IMG/VR virus record: IMGVR_UViG_3300017735_002163
Coordinates: 19,377-83,376 of that record
Length of the DNA: 64,000 nucleotides
DNA from: a virus
Strand: one strand, 5' to 3'
In this document: piece by piece, positions 49,653 through 59,730 of the stretch
How positions within the stretch are numbered: the stretch's first letter is position 1
Layout of the letters: each line of letters starts with the position of its first letter
Translations under genes and position numbers: made by a program
Notes under the pieces: generated by a model
Database searches by the model: none
What the model was told of the DNA's origin: nothing
Seen by the model: only the letters and a program-made list of their open reading frames with translations

Positions 49653-50762
49653 TTATTTTGAAAGTCCGGCTAATTTACGGATCGTTTGTATTTCTACAAC
49701 ATCCGTGCTGTCATTGGCTTCTACTTTCGCAGATGCCTTCTTGTTGCCTGTTTCTTCTGTTCTTACAGACTCTGTTATTGTCTTTTTCACTCTTGGTGTT
49801 TCGCCATCTAAAACTGATGGAAGATACTTATCGAATTGCTTCTGTAAGTTCTCTGTCTTTACACTTTCAAGTAAATCTGACATAATCTCTCTCTTCTCTT
49901 TACCTAACGGTGACATAAGATTTGTTAAAGTCTCTTTACGAGCATAACGATCTTCTGCTATTCTTAGTTTTGATTCAACAAGTTTATTACCTTCTGATTG
50001 CTCTTCAAGTTTTTCACCTGCTTCTCTTAACTTAGTTTCCATTTCGGCTAATGCTTTTTGGACACCTTTAATTTCTTTTGCTTCATTCAAATAACTTACG
50101 TTATATTCTGTTGCAAATGCTTCAAAGATTCTACGTCCAAAGTCATTTTCACGTGCTGAAGTGATGTCATCACGGAAAGATTTTACTTCATTAACAAGAA
50201 CGTTATTAATAACGCCTTCGACTTTATCAGCCGCTTTCTTAATGAAGTCTTTTTTGGCTTCTGCTAATTGCATTTTGCCTTCTCTAACCATTTTAACTTT
50301 TTGTTCAACTAATGCTTTCTTGTCTTCGTGGAATTCTTTCAATTCCTCTGCTAACTGATCAGTAACAAAGTTATCTAACTTTCCTACATGTTCAGCAACA
50401 CGACTACGGTCGGCACGTAATTCTTTAACTTCGTTTGCTACTGCTGTAGTAACAAATTTGTCAAGTAGTTTTGCATGTTCACTAACAGCCTTGCGATATC
50501 TGACCTGTTGTTCGGCCAACGCCTTTCTGTCTTCTGCCAATTCTGCAACTTCGGCTTCAACTTTCGTTGTTATGAAGTTGTCCATTGCTTCAACGATTAA
50601 ACCCTTATCGTGGGCATATCTTTGAGCGAACTCTTCACGTAGTTCTGCCGTTAATGCTTCTTTGGCTTCAGTTAGGCGTGACTCCCAAGTCTCTTGAATA
50701 GAAACACGCACTTCTTCCGAAAGCTCTGTTCCCTCAAGTATTTCATTAAATGTCACTGCCAT
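49653..50762 (-). CDS. gp22: prohead core/scaffolding protein
   Basis: Glu-rich coiled coil between protease and capsid genes. Confidence 0.85.
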   Translation of the reverse strand: MAVTFNEILEGTELSEEVRVSIQETWESRLTEAKEALTAELREEFAQRYAHDKGLIVEAMDNFITTKVEAEVAELAEDRKALAEQQVRYRKAVSEHAKLLDKFVTTAVANEVKELRADRSRVAEHVGKLDNFVTDQLAEELKEFHEDKKALVEQKVKMVREGKMQLAEAKKDFIKKAADKVEGVINNVLVNEVKSFRDDITSARENDFGRRIFEAFATEYNVSYLNEAKEIKGVQKALAEMETKLREAGEKLEEQSEGNKLVESKLRIAEDRYARKETLTNLMSPLGKEKREIMSDLLESVKTENLQKQFDKYLPSVLDGETPRVKKTITESVRTEETGNKKASAKVEANDSTDVVEIQTIRKLAGLSK

Positions 50763-50776
50763 AGTAGTTCTCCTAC

Positions 50777-51403
50777 TTATTTTAAGTTTAATTCTCTAAT
50801 AAAACCAGTGATTTGATTCATTAGATGTTTTTCTGCACTTATATCGTGTGTTACGGCGGCCGCAGTATTAAATATTACTTCGCCCCCTCTCATGTTAAAC
50901 AAACTCTCATAAATTGTCTTTGGGTAGGCATCCGGAGCACTTGGTTGTGCCACTATGTCGACAGTAACAATGTCAAAATCAGATACTTTACCTGACTCAT
51001 TTACATTACCACTACCCCTACTACTTACACCCAGTTTTGCTCCTGCCTTTAAAAGGCTTCTTGCAATGTTACCCATTGGTGTATCTATGATTTTAAGTTT
51101 ACCTAAGCCATCGCTACCATCTACAGACATGTCTGTGATGATATGGCTTACTCTATCTAAATTGATTTGTAGTTCTTCTGGATGGTCTAATTCGCCCAAC
51201 ACAGTTTCGCCAGTTCCCAATCTTGATCTAACACTTTCTACGGCACGTTCAATTTCACTTTTTGGATATACTCTTCCGTTTTGATTTTTAGTATCGCCCT
51301 GAATGAAAAGTCCTGCCATAAACAAGTCTTTTCCGTCTTCGGATTCTAATAACTTCAGTCCTGCCTGAGCAGGAGCCATATATTCATAAAGTTTTCGTGC
51401 CAT
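50777..51403 (-). CDS. gp21: prohead protease
   Basis: NQNGRVYP, GELDHP, GVSSRGSG, DIVAQPSAPDA. Confidence 0.95.
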   Translation of the reverse strand: MARKLYEYMAPAQAGLKLLESEDGKDLFMAGLFIQGDTKNQNGRVYPKSEIERAVESVRSRLGTGETVLGELDHPEELQINLDRVSHIITDMSVDGSDGLGKLKIIDTPMGNIARSLLKAGAKLGVSSRGSGNVNESGKVSDFDIVTVDIVAQPSAPDAYPKTIYESLFNMRGGEVIFNTAAAVTHDISAEKHLMNQITGFIRELNLK

Positions 51404-51433
51404 AATTCCTAATTCCTATCAGTTTAAAAAGAC

Positions 51434-52225
51434 TTATGCCTTTTTAGGTTCAACTTTGATGTTGTCTGTAGGTGTGTGATCCTTTGCTGATTCACCTTTA
51501 TTACCTTCGCCGCCATCTTTGGCTTTGACTGGTGCGCCTGCGCCTGCTACTTTAGTAGACTTAGGTGCTTTTGTAAATGGTGATTCGTTGCTGTCTGCTT
51601 CGCCGCCTTTTGGCTCTGCTACAGTATCACTAAATTTTGTTGCTTCTTCAACAACTTCGTCGTCAACTGACTCTTCGATATCATATTCTACAGATTCGAA
51701 TTCTTCTTCTTCGCCGTCCATATCCATTTCCGGTGCTTCTAAATCATCTATTTCTGCGTCGTCTTCTTTATCGTCGTCTGCTAATAACTTTTCGAATTCA
51801 GCTCTTAGATCTTCAAGTTCTGCTTCTAAATCATCGACTTTGTCTTCAAGGTCTTCTTCACCTTCAACACTGTCCATTTCTTCTTCGTCATCTTCTTCAA
51901 GTCCTGACTCGTCTGCTTCGATTTCGTCGTTGTCTCGCATGATGTCGTCTTCGAAGTCGTTAGTTTGGTCGATTGTTTCTTCAACTTCTAACTCTTCTGC
52001 TGACTCTTCAACAGCCTCTTCTTCAGATTCCTCTGACTCTTCAACTGCTTCTTCTTCTGTTTCTTCAGACTCGTCTACTTCAACTTCCTCTGCTTCGTCA
52101 AGTACTTTTTCATACTGTGAACGAGCTTTGTCTACTACGTACTCATGTAAAAGCTCTTCTGCTTTTTCATTTTCTTCAGCAAGGAGAAGTTCAAGAATCT
52201 GCTCTAATTTATTTGATTCTGACAT
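51434..52225 (-). CDS. highly acidic prohead core protein
   Basis: Very Glu/Asp-rich; between portal and protease, where T4 gp67/68 lie. Confidence 0.7.
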   Translation of the reverse strand: MSESNKLEQILELLLAEENEKAEELLHEYVVDKARSQYEKVLDEAEEVEVDESEETEEEAVEESEESEEEAVEESAEELEVEETIDQTNDFEDDIMRDNDEIEADESGLEEDDEEEMDSVEGEEDLEDKVDDLEAELEDLRAEFEKLLADDDKEDDAEIDDLEAPEMDMDGEEEEFESVEYDIEESVDDEVVEEATKFSDTVAEPKGGEADSNESPFTKAPKSTKVAGAGAPVKAKDGGEGNKGESAKDHTPTDNIKVEPKKA

Positions 52226-52400
52226 TAGTGGCCTCCAATTTAATTAAATTAGTACGAAAGGCACATGAGCGTACCTATCTACATATAATACTTATATAAT
52301 CGTGTGAAATGTGGGGGATTATGGTGTGATTTTGGTCTATTTCTGTCTAAACTATAGAATTATTTAGTATTTGGGTACAAATACTAAAAACTACAGTTTA

Positions 52401-52601
52401 TTATAGTGTATCTGATTGTGTAGGCTGGGCATACATAACACGCACAAATTTATCGTGTTCTACGTCTTCGCCTTTTTTCATATCTCTAACTTTTCTTAAC
52501 TTTTGCAATTCTTCCAGAGTCAACTTTGCCTTTCTTGTATCATCAGGCTTACGTTTTGTAAAGTTATCATCTTCTGGATTGTAAAATTCGTTTAATCTCA
52601 T
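52401..52601 (-). CDS. small hypothetical head-module protein (start likely MRLNEF)
   Basis: ATG 5 nt after GATAAATA; follows portal. Confidence 0.65.
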   Translation of the reverse strand: MRLNEFYNPEDDNFTKRKPDDTRKAKLTLEELQKLRKVRDMKKGEDVEHDKFVRVMYAQPTQSDTL

Positions 52602-52612
52602 ATCTATATTTA

Positions 52613-54334
52613 TCAAATTGTGTCAGTTGGTGCGCCGCCTGTTGCACCTGGATCTGCTACATCGCCTAAATCTGCTGTAGGATCCATTTCAGTATCTAAC
52701 TCGCCTAAGTCTGGTTCAGCATCTATATCGACATCAATATTTGGTTCTGGTCTAACACCGATGTTACTTAATCCTGCCTGTGTTTGATCTTGTGCTTTTT
52801 CATACTTAGCAAATGCATTTTCTTGACGCCACATTTCTTCATTTTCTTTGATTTCGTCTTCAGTAAGACCAAGATACTTCTTAAGTTTAAATTGGTTGCT
52901 CATGTACGGTATTGCTTGTACCTGTGCAAACAGTTGAGCCTTTTGTGCTTCTAACTCAATTTCTCTATAACTGCTGAAGTTCATAGGCTTGTTAAATTGA
53001 ATATAGAAAGATGATGAATCAATTTCTATTCCTCTGTGTTTGAGGAACATTTTAAATTCTCTGTCTAAATCTTCTTGTATTTGTTTTTGTAAACGTTCAA
53101 CATACTTGGCAAATCTGTACTCTTGAATGTATGCTACACCTACTTTTCCATCATTATATGTCGCGGAACCGTCTTCTGGTCCTGTCGGTAAGTAAGAACT
53201 TGGTATACGTAAACCACGTAGAAGTTTATTGTTAAAGTACCTTAAATCATCTATCTGTCCAAGGTTTTCTCCGCCCGGTAATGTGTCAACTTTTGAACCT
53301 CTGCCGTCTGCCGTTTGTGCAAAGAAGTAATCTTCTAACATGCTCATTGGGTTATAAGCACTATCGGCTACACTGCCGCCTTCTTTGTTTTTACCTGGTA
53401 CACGTTTTTGTTGTACTTCGTATTTAACTTGTTCAATATACTGTCTTGCTTTATGAGGAGGCATGTTACCCACGTCAATAAAGAACACACGTCTTTCAGG
53501 TGCTCTATGCACTCTGTATATGATAATACTATCTTCGAGTAATTCTTTTTGCTTGAATATTTTAAAGATTGGTTCTAATATGCTGATACCAAAAGGCCAG
53601 TTATTGTCCATGCCTTCTGTTAAACTGATGTGTACCACGTGTTCTGCTGGTACAGGTATGCCTTGATCAACACCATCCATTGCACCTGTTAAGTAACTAC
53701 CGCCACTGTCAGAATTAGTAGGACTCATAATGCCTGTTATGCCTTGCCCACTACCAAATGGTCTGGCATGCATTGCCGCTACATCTGTTGCAATTTTTTC
53801 TTGGAAAATTGGGTTTAAGTTTTTGATAAAGTAAGTTTCAATTTTCTTACCTTCTGTTTCATTTACAATAACTTTTTCAATGTTTGCTGGGTCAACCCAA
53901 AACAGTTCATATGTTTCCGGGTCTCTTAAAAATACTTGATCTCCGTACTTGATACTGTTACGGAAAATTCTAAATGCTCTTTTATATAAATTATTATGGT
54001 TACACCATTGTGTTAATGTTTTTTGTACAATTTTGTTTTCAGTGTCACTTGGATCTTCTGTCCAATCTACTGCAAATGGTAATCCTGTTGATTCATCTTC
54101 TTGTGTGCCAAACTCTGCAATCGTGTCTAAGGCCGCATTAATCTCTGTGTCGCCATCCATGTTATCGTATTGCATATAACGTATTAAGCGATTAGGTGAT
54201 CCTGCGTACACTTCTGGTAACCAACTGGATAGTTGATTAGCACCGAACCCATGACCATCACCGCCTGGTGTTGATTGGACATTTAATGGCAAGCCACTAT
54301 TGTCAACGGGTGTAAAATGTTTTCTCCAACTCAT
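52613..54334 (-). CDS. gp20: portal protein
   Basis: YRVHRAPERRVFFIDVGNMP, SMLEDYFF, TLPGGENLGQIDD. Confidence 0.97.
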   Translation of the reverse strand: MSWRKHFTPVDNSGLPLNVQSTPGGDGHGFGANQLSSWLPEVYAGSPNRLIRYMQYDNMDGDTEINAALDTIAEFGTQEDESTGLPFAVDWTEDPSDTENKIVQKTLTQWCNHNNLYKRAFRIFRNSIKYGDQVFLRDPETYELFWVDPANIEKVIVNETEGKKIETYFIKNLNPIFQEKIATDVAAMHARPFGSGQGITGIMSPTNSDSGGSYLTGAMDGVDQGIPVPAEHVVHISLTEGMDNNWPFGISILEPIFKIFKQKELLEDSIIIYRVHRAPERRVFFIDVGNMPPHKARQYIEQVKYEVQQKRVPGKNKEGGSVADSAYNPMSMLEDYFFAQTADGRGSKVDTLPGGENLGQIDDLRYFNNKLLRGLRIPSSYLPTGPEDGSATYNDGKVGVAYIQEYRFAKYVERLQKQIQEDLDREFKMFLKHRGIEIDSSSFYIQFNKPMNFSSYREIELEAQKAQLFAQVQAIPYMSNQFKLKKYLGLTEDEIKENEEMWRQENAFAKYEKAQDQTQAGLSNIGVRPEPNIDVDIDAEPDLGELDTEMDPTADLGDVADPGATGGAPTDTI

Positions 54335-54390
54335 ACAAGTTCCATAATTTTATATATTGTAGCAGTATTTATCAGAAAAGTCAAGTATTT

Positions 54391-57300
54391 TTAGATGTTC
54401 TTGATTTGGTCTATTAGTTCACCGCTTTGTCTTGCTGATTGCATTTCTGTTCTTTGCCCTTGATTTACAAGTTGTGTTAGCAATTCTTCAACTTTGCTTT
54501 CTTTACCTGGAGCACCGTCAGTTGCACTTGCCATAGCAGGCTTTTTAGCACTGAGGTCTTGAGATGCTGGTGATGGTTGTACAGTATCAGTACTGCCAAA
54601 GCCCATTTTTTCTGCTGTGGTGTTATCAACTAAAGTAGACTCTTGCGGTGATACTGGTATTAGTTTTGTTAATTTATCTGTGTCAACTTTTGCTAAACGC
54701 TCGTATGCTTCGCTTAGTGAATTTACTTGTGCTATAGTGGTTTTAATTGCTGTATCTGAAATGCCTTCATTCATTGTGCCATTAAAACTGGTCATTGCAT
54801 CACTGAATAACAATAATGCTGATGCATTTTTACTAACACCTTCTGCATTAATATCTTCTTCACCAAACTTTTTAACTTTTTCTAAAGGACTGTCACCGCC
54901 AAATGCCCAATTAACAAAACTGCCAATGCCTTCCATTAATCCACCTGCACCTGCTACAGCCTGGCCTCCGCCATATGCCGCCATTGCCGCACCAAAGGCT
55001 ACCATTGCCTCTGCGTTTGATGTGATTTTTGCAACATCGCCTATGTCTGCGTCAGCAAATTCTTTTAATTTTTCTAAAGGACTCTTGCCTGGTAATAGAT
55101 CTAATAATCCAGCAATGGTTCCGCCCACAGCACCTACTGCCGCTCCTGCGCCAAATGCCGCTAAGCCGCCGCCAAGTGCCGCCATGCCCCCGGCAACTTT
55201 TGCTAAGTTCATGCCGTCGATGCCTTCAAACGATTTTAATCCTTCTGCTAAAACAGGAAGTGATTTTCCTAATATGACTGATGCCGCTCCAATACCAAGT
55301 GATGCCGCCGCAACTGCCGCCGCAAAAAATGCCGCACCTGCAACTGCCGCCGGAGTAAATGCTGTAAAGAAACCAGCAATTATGCCGCCTAATCCTTTGC
55401 CTATGCCTTTGCCAACATTGGCAATACTTTTACCAAGTCCTTTACCGTTGTCACTGCCTATACCTGAAGGACCTTTTGCTGTGGCGCCGCCAAATAGTTT
55501 ATCTTTTAAAACACCTATGCCTTTTTTAACTGCCATACCACCAACAATTAATCCGCCAATCTTTAACCAGTTAATACGTTCAAAGGCTGTTTTTGCGCCA
55601 TCGTTGTGTGCATCTTTAATGGCTGTCTCTAATTGTTCAGTTTTAACCTCGTCTATGCTGATGCCTTTTTCTTTGGCAACGTCTTGTTTAATTTCGTTTT
55701 TGCGTTCTGCAGAATTTCGAAGTAACCTTGAAAGTTCTTCTTGTTCCGGCCCTGCAGGCAGAGTCATAAGTTCTTTCTCAACACTTGCTTGTTGTGTATC
55801 AGTAAGTGCAACTGCTTCTCCATTACGTTCCATCACAATACCCGACTTGCTGGTTTTTTCATCGTTACCAGTGAAGTCATATATAAATGTTGCTAATGAT
55901 TTTAATGCACTGCCTACTGAACTTAAAAAACCGCCTAATACTTTCATTTTTTCTATAAAGGTATTGAATCCATCTTTTACATTGTTAAATGTTGATTTAG
56001 TATCTTCCCAAAATTGTTTAAAATCAAAAGTCCTAATAAAGTTAGCAACTGTTTCACCTGCACTTTTTATCATCGGAGATAACTTATCTCTTAGTACCTG
56101 AGCAAAATCTTTTACTTCACCGTCTGCTTCTGTAACAGGCATTAATAAATCAATGAATGCTTTTCTAATCTCATCCATTGCATCATTGAACACACTCATT
56201 ATCCCTGGAGTTTTAACCATTTGTTTTTGTTGTTCTTTTGTTAAATGTGTTACATCTGTGACTGCTTCGCCTTGTTTTTTTATTACCTTGCCGTTTGCGT
56301 CGACTATATCTTTAGCAAGTAATAATGCTTTCCCATTTTTATCAAGGATGGCATTATTTTTGCCACGTTTTATACCTTCATTAGTAAATGCATCTGCCAA
56401 GTAAGACAATGGTTTTCCAAGTGCGGCATTAATAGAAGTTTCTATGCCTTCGAATGCGCCTGATAGCATGGCTTTGGCGTTGTCAAATGTTGCCGCGGCT
56501 ATTGCCATTTGATTAACTTCGTCTGCCACACCGTCTGCTAATTTTTTTGCGGCCCTCAATAGGTCTGGTTGCATTGATGCAATCATTTCCACCATTGGAT
56601 TTGTTTGCCCTAATGTTGCCAACATGCTCTGGAATCTCTGAGCACCTTTGCCGCCGTCTGCGGCCATTTCTTCACCTAATTTAATAAATTGTTTTGATAA
56701 TTTTGCTTGTTCTTTTGCGGCACCTTCAGTGTCGCCTGCTTTTATCATTTTGTTAATGTTAAGCAAGGAACCTTCGATCTCTCTACCAGCACTTGTGCCT
56801 GTGGCCATTAAGGCTTCCCTCATTGCCTGAGCACCTTCACTCTGGAATGCATTCACATCAAACATTGCCATACCCATTTGGTCTATGACTTCTTGACTAA
56901 CACCAACTGCTTTTAAATTAGACATAGAACTTGCAGTTGCTACCCTGAATGCTTCTGCGGCTTCAGGTCCTAATGTTTGTGTTGCTCTTATAAATGCTAA
57001 TTTTACTGTGGCTTGATCGGCTAAAGTTTTTTCACTTGCGCCACGTATATCATCTATACTTTTACCTAACAGTTGAGTTTGTAAAAATTGTTCTTTGTAC
57101 AGTTTTTTTGTACGTTTAGCAGTTTCGATAGCATCAATCTTTCCTAAAATACCCAATTGCTGTCTGGTCTCTAATTCTTCTGCTAACACTGTAGACGCTT
57201 CATGCATTGTCATACCAAATTCACTACCAAATCCAGTTGCTTTAGCAAATTCACGTTGAGCCTGTACAAATGCAGGCTTACCCACTGTTTGTACAATACC

Positions 57301-57864
57301 GCTGTATTCAGCCATAAGGCCCGCGGCCTGCTTAGTGGTCATGCCTAATTGATTTAACCCTGCTATAGCATTTGCTGATTCATTGAGAGTGGTATCAAAG
57401 CCTACACCAGTTAATGATAAGTCGCTTAATACCTTACCTAACCCATAAGAACCTGATACTACTGACGCAAAACCACCAACTAAGGTGCCTATAACTGTGC
57501 CTGATACGTATGTTAGAGCTTTTGCAAACATGCCTAACGAGTCTGAGGCCTCATCAGCAATGCCGCCTTTACCGCCTTTATTGTTCTTTTTATCCGTATT
57601 TTTCGCTATGTCGTTTAAAGCCTTGCCTGCTTTATCTCTATCTTTATTGGCTTCTTTTGAGTCTTTTTTATCGTTTTTGTTACCATCAACAATGTGTCCA
57701 ACTAATTTTTCTAATGCTTTTTTACTGTCTTCGTTGTAATTTTTATTAGAATCTGCGGCGGCTAATAACTTTAATTGCGTTTCTTCTAACGCCCATGCTG
57801 GCATATCAACGGGAATAGATACACCGTCTGGTCCAGGTAAATTAATTGTTATTTTTTCTGCCAT
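54391..57864 (-). CDS. tape-measure-like protein, 1157 aa
   Basis: Long Ala/Gly-rich helical protein with hydrophobic stretches; divergent from the hub gene. Confidence 0.7.
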   Translation of the reverse strand: MAEKITINLPGPDGVSIPVDMPAWALEETQLKLLAAADSNKNYNEDSKKALEKLVGHIVDGNKNDKKDSKEANKDRDKAGKALNDIAKNTDKKNNKGGKGGIADEASDSLGMFAKALTYVSGTVIGTLVGGFASVVSGSYGLGKVLSDLSLTGVGFDTTLNESANAIAGLNQLGMTTKQAAGLMAEYSGIVQTVGKPAFVQAQREFAKATGFGSEFGMTMHEASTVLAEELETRQQLGILGKIDAIETAKRTKKLYKEQFLQTQLLGKSIDDIRGASEKTLADQATVKLAFIRATQTLGPEAAEAFRVATASSMSNLKAVGVSQEVIDQMGMAMFDVNAFQSEGAQAMREALMATGTSAGREIEGSLLNINKMIKAGDTEGAAKEQAKLSKQFIKLGEEMAADGGKGAQRFQSMLATLGQTNPMVEMIASMQPDLLRAAKKLADGVADEVNQMAIAAATFDNAKAMLSGAFEGIETSINAALGKPLSYLADAFTNEGIKRGKNNAILDKNGKALLLAKDIVDANGKVIKKQGEAVTDVTHLTKEQQKQMVKTPGIMSVFNDAMDEIRKAFIDLLMPVTEADGEVKDFAQVLRDKLSPMIKSAGETVANFIRTFDFKQFWEDTKSTFNNVKDGFNTFIEKMKVLGGFLSSVGSALKSLATFIYDFTGNDEKTSKSGIVMERNGEAVALTDTQQASVEKELMTLPAGPEQEELSRLLRNSAERKNEIKQDVAKEKGISIDEVKTEQLETAIKDAHNDGAKTAFERINWLKIGGLIVGGMAVKKGIGVLKDKLFGGATAKGPSGIGSDNGKGLGKSIANVGKGIGKGLGGIIAGFFTAFTPAAVAGAAFFAAAVAAASLGIGAASVILGKSLPVLAEGLKSFEGIDGMNLAKVAGGMAALGGGLAAFGAGAAVGAVGGTIAGLLDLLPGKSPLEKLKEFADADIGDVAKITSNAEAMVAFGAAMAAYGGGQAVAGAGGLMEGIGSFVNWAFGGDSPLEKVKKFGEEDINAEGVSKNASALLLFSDAMTSFNGTMNEGISDTAIKTTIAQVNSLSEAYERLAKVDTDKLTKLIPVSPQESTLVDNTTAEKMGFGSTDTVQPSPASQDLSAKKPAMASATDGAPGKESKVEELLTQLVNQGQRTEMQSARQSGELIDQIKNI

Positions 57865-57976
57865 AGTTCAAAAACTCATTAAGTACCATTTTTATGGTGA
57901 TAAATAGATATCATAAGCACTGATACATTTATACTTATTGTAGTATTTATCAATGTCTTAAACAGGAGTTTTAATT

Positions 57977-58834
57977 ATGTCAAAAAACCAAAATCCACTT
58001 CAGGGCTATTTTAGAAGTCCTAAGTTATACACCAAGATACCATCGCAAGGTTTATTTTATATTGATGATGACGTCGTTGACATGCCAGAAAATGGAGAGT
58101 TAGCAATATTTCCAATGACTGCCAAAGACGAAATGATCATGAAAAATCCAGATGCGTTGCTTAACGGTGAATCAGTGGCCCAGGTAATACAAAGTTGTGT
58201 ACCAGCAGTCAATAAGCCAAGGAGTCTCATCAGCAACGATGTAGATGCACTGCTTATTGCTATACAAGGTGCTACTTACGGTGACGAAGTTAACATATCC
58301 GGTACATGTCCAGAATGTGAGGAACCAATTGAAAGTGTTGCCAGTATTGAAATGGCATTAGACACAATGAGCATTGTGGAAGAATCATATGTACACAAAA
58401 CAGCAGACGGTTTAGAACTTGAAATAAGACCATTCACATATGAAAGTTCAGTAAAAGCCGGAATTGCAAATTTCCAAACATCAAGAAGTTTACAAAGCAT
58501 TCAAGAAATTGATGACGAAGTAGAACAACTTAGACAGTTTAACACAAACTTTATGCAAGTTGCCGCACTTAACTTTGAACTCATTGTTGACAGTGTAGCA
58601 AGTGTCAGAGGCAAAGATGCTGAAGGTGAAGAGTTCCTTGTAACTGATAGAAACAATATCAGAGAGTTCCTTGAAAATTCTGAAAGCAGTATTGGTAAGG
58701 CAGTTGAGGCCAAAATTGCAGACGTAAACAAAGTTGGTGTTAACAAAGAAGTTCAATTAGAATGCGAAAAATGTGAGGTCCAATTTACAAAAGAAATTGG
58801 CTTTGACCCTGTAAATTTTTTCACGGCTTCCTAA
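57977..58834 (+). CDS. gp26: baseplate hub / tail assembly chaperone (gp26-like)
   Basis: NPL..YFR.P, PMTAKDE, two CxxC pairs, ends DPVNFF. Confidence 0.75.
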   Translation: MSKNQNPLQGYFRSPKLYTKIPSQGLFYIDDDVVDMPENGELAIFPMTAKDEMIMKNPDALLNGESVAQVIQSCVPAVNKPRSLISNDVDALLIAIQGATYGDEVNISGTCPECEEPIESVASIEMALDTMSIVEESYVHKTADGLELEIRPFTYESSVKAGIANFQTSRSLQSIQEIDDEVEQLRQFNTNFMQVAALNFELIVDSVASVRGKDAEGEEFLVTDRNNIREFLENSESSIGKAVEAKIADVNKVGVNKEVQLECEKCEVQFTKEIGFDPVNFFTAS

Positions 58835-59055
58835 GTCGATCTGAACCCCAAGAGATTCTCAACCTCATAAACAAACTTAGAAAAGAAGCCGATCAATTAG
58901 AAAAGAGTATAATTGAGATAGCCGTGTATTCCAATGGAAGTATATCATGGCAAGATGCTTATATGATGAGTGCAAATGAAAGAGTTGTGGCTACAAAAAT
59001 AATAAACAAGTACAACAAAGCAAAAGCAGGAAAACCAGAATCAGAAGAATTATAA
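58813..59055 (+). CDS. start-less -1 frame extension (gp51-like), probably reached by frameshift
   Basis: Frame open 58807-59055: KFFHGFLSRSEPQEILNLINKLRKEADQLEKSIIEIAVYSNGSISWQDAYMMSANERVVATKIINKYNKAKAGKPESEEL; begins at slippery A AAT TTT TTC. Confidence 0.7.
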   Translation, partial: KFFHGFLSRSEPQEILNLINKLRKEADQLEKSIIEIAVYSNGSISWQDAYMMSANERVVATKIINKYNKAKAGKPESEEL

Positions 59056-59234
59056 TTTCTGTTAGAAGATCAAAAAAATTTATTCCCTTCAAGTCAAAAT
59101 ATCCTATAAAGTTTAACCTCAAGTAAATAGGCCTGTTAGGCCTTTCCAAACCTCATTCTCTCGTTTCGTTTCACTCAACTCGATCATTCGTTTGAAACAC
59201 TTTAGAAGAAAGAACATATAAACACAATGACATG

Positions 59235-59660
59235 ATTTTGTTTTGAAGAAACAAAATTGGTATCTCATGTAGATTGTAGAGGTCAGACGGAACCTATTAC
59301 GGTTCCTTAAAAAAATACCTCATGTGAGTTGTACATCAGCCGAGATCGGAAGTAGGTGTTTTACTGCTACACAATGGGCTCTGACCTTTCCCAACCTACG
59401 TCGACATCTAATGTGCAATATATGTAACATTAAGGACGCATACAGCGGTTAATGTGCAATATATGTAACATTATACCTGTACTCTCGTTCCTAAGTGTAC
59501 AGTTTTTATGTGTAATATGCAGTTGTTTGATTGACAGCATTCAATCGGCACCAATACTTAACACCAGTGGGTGTGTCTCAGTGTGTACGTGTCTGATTAC
59601 ATTTTCGTCAGTTTTTCCACAGCAGAATTAATAACCGGCCTGCTAACCTTGTGTGCTGTT
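59235..59660 (-). ncRNA. candidate large structured RNA downstream of the GIY-YIG gene
   Basis: No ORF; at least seven hairpins, an 8-bp long-range pairing (59280-59287 with 59380-59387), and G-U pairs favouring the minus strand. Confidence 0.6.
59409..59473. repeat. exact 24-nt hairpin direct repeat pair separated by 17 nt
   Basis: TAATGTGCAATATATGTAACATTA at 59409-59432 and 59450-59473; spacer AGGACGCATACAGCGGT. Confidence 0.95.
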
Positions 59661-59673
59661 TATGTTTGTGAAA

Positions 59674-59730
59674 GACTTTGTGTCTGGTGAGTTTGACTTG
59701 GTGTCTGTTAGTTTGACTTTGTGTCTGTTT
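59674..59730. repeat. three imperfect ~20-nt tandem repeats (GACTTKGTGTCTG core)
   Basis: Units start at 59674, 59695 and 59715; a degenerate fourth copy lies near 59646-59663. Confidence 0.85.

Noticed and set aside
51519-52247. 242-aa Ser-rich plus-strand ORF
   Set aside because: Mirror of the Glu/Asp codons of the acidic prohead core gene.
54617-56101. 494-aa plus-strand ORF
   Set aside because: Antisense shadow of the Ala/Gly-rich tape-measure-like gene; no RBS or protein motif.
59409-59473. Canonical CRISPR array
   Set aside because: Only two repeats, a 17-nt spacer and no cas genes in the window; kept as a non-canonical repeat pair.
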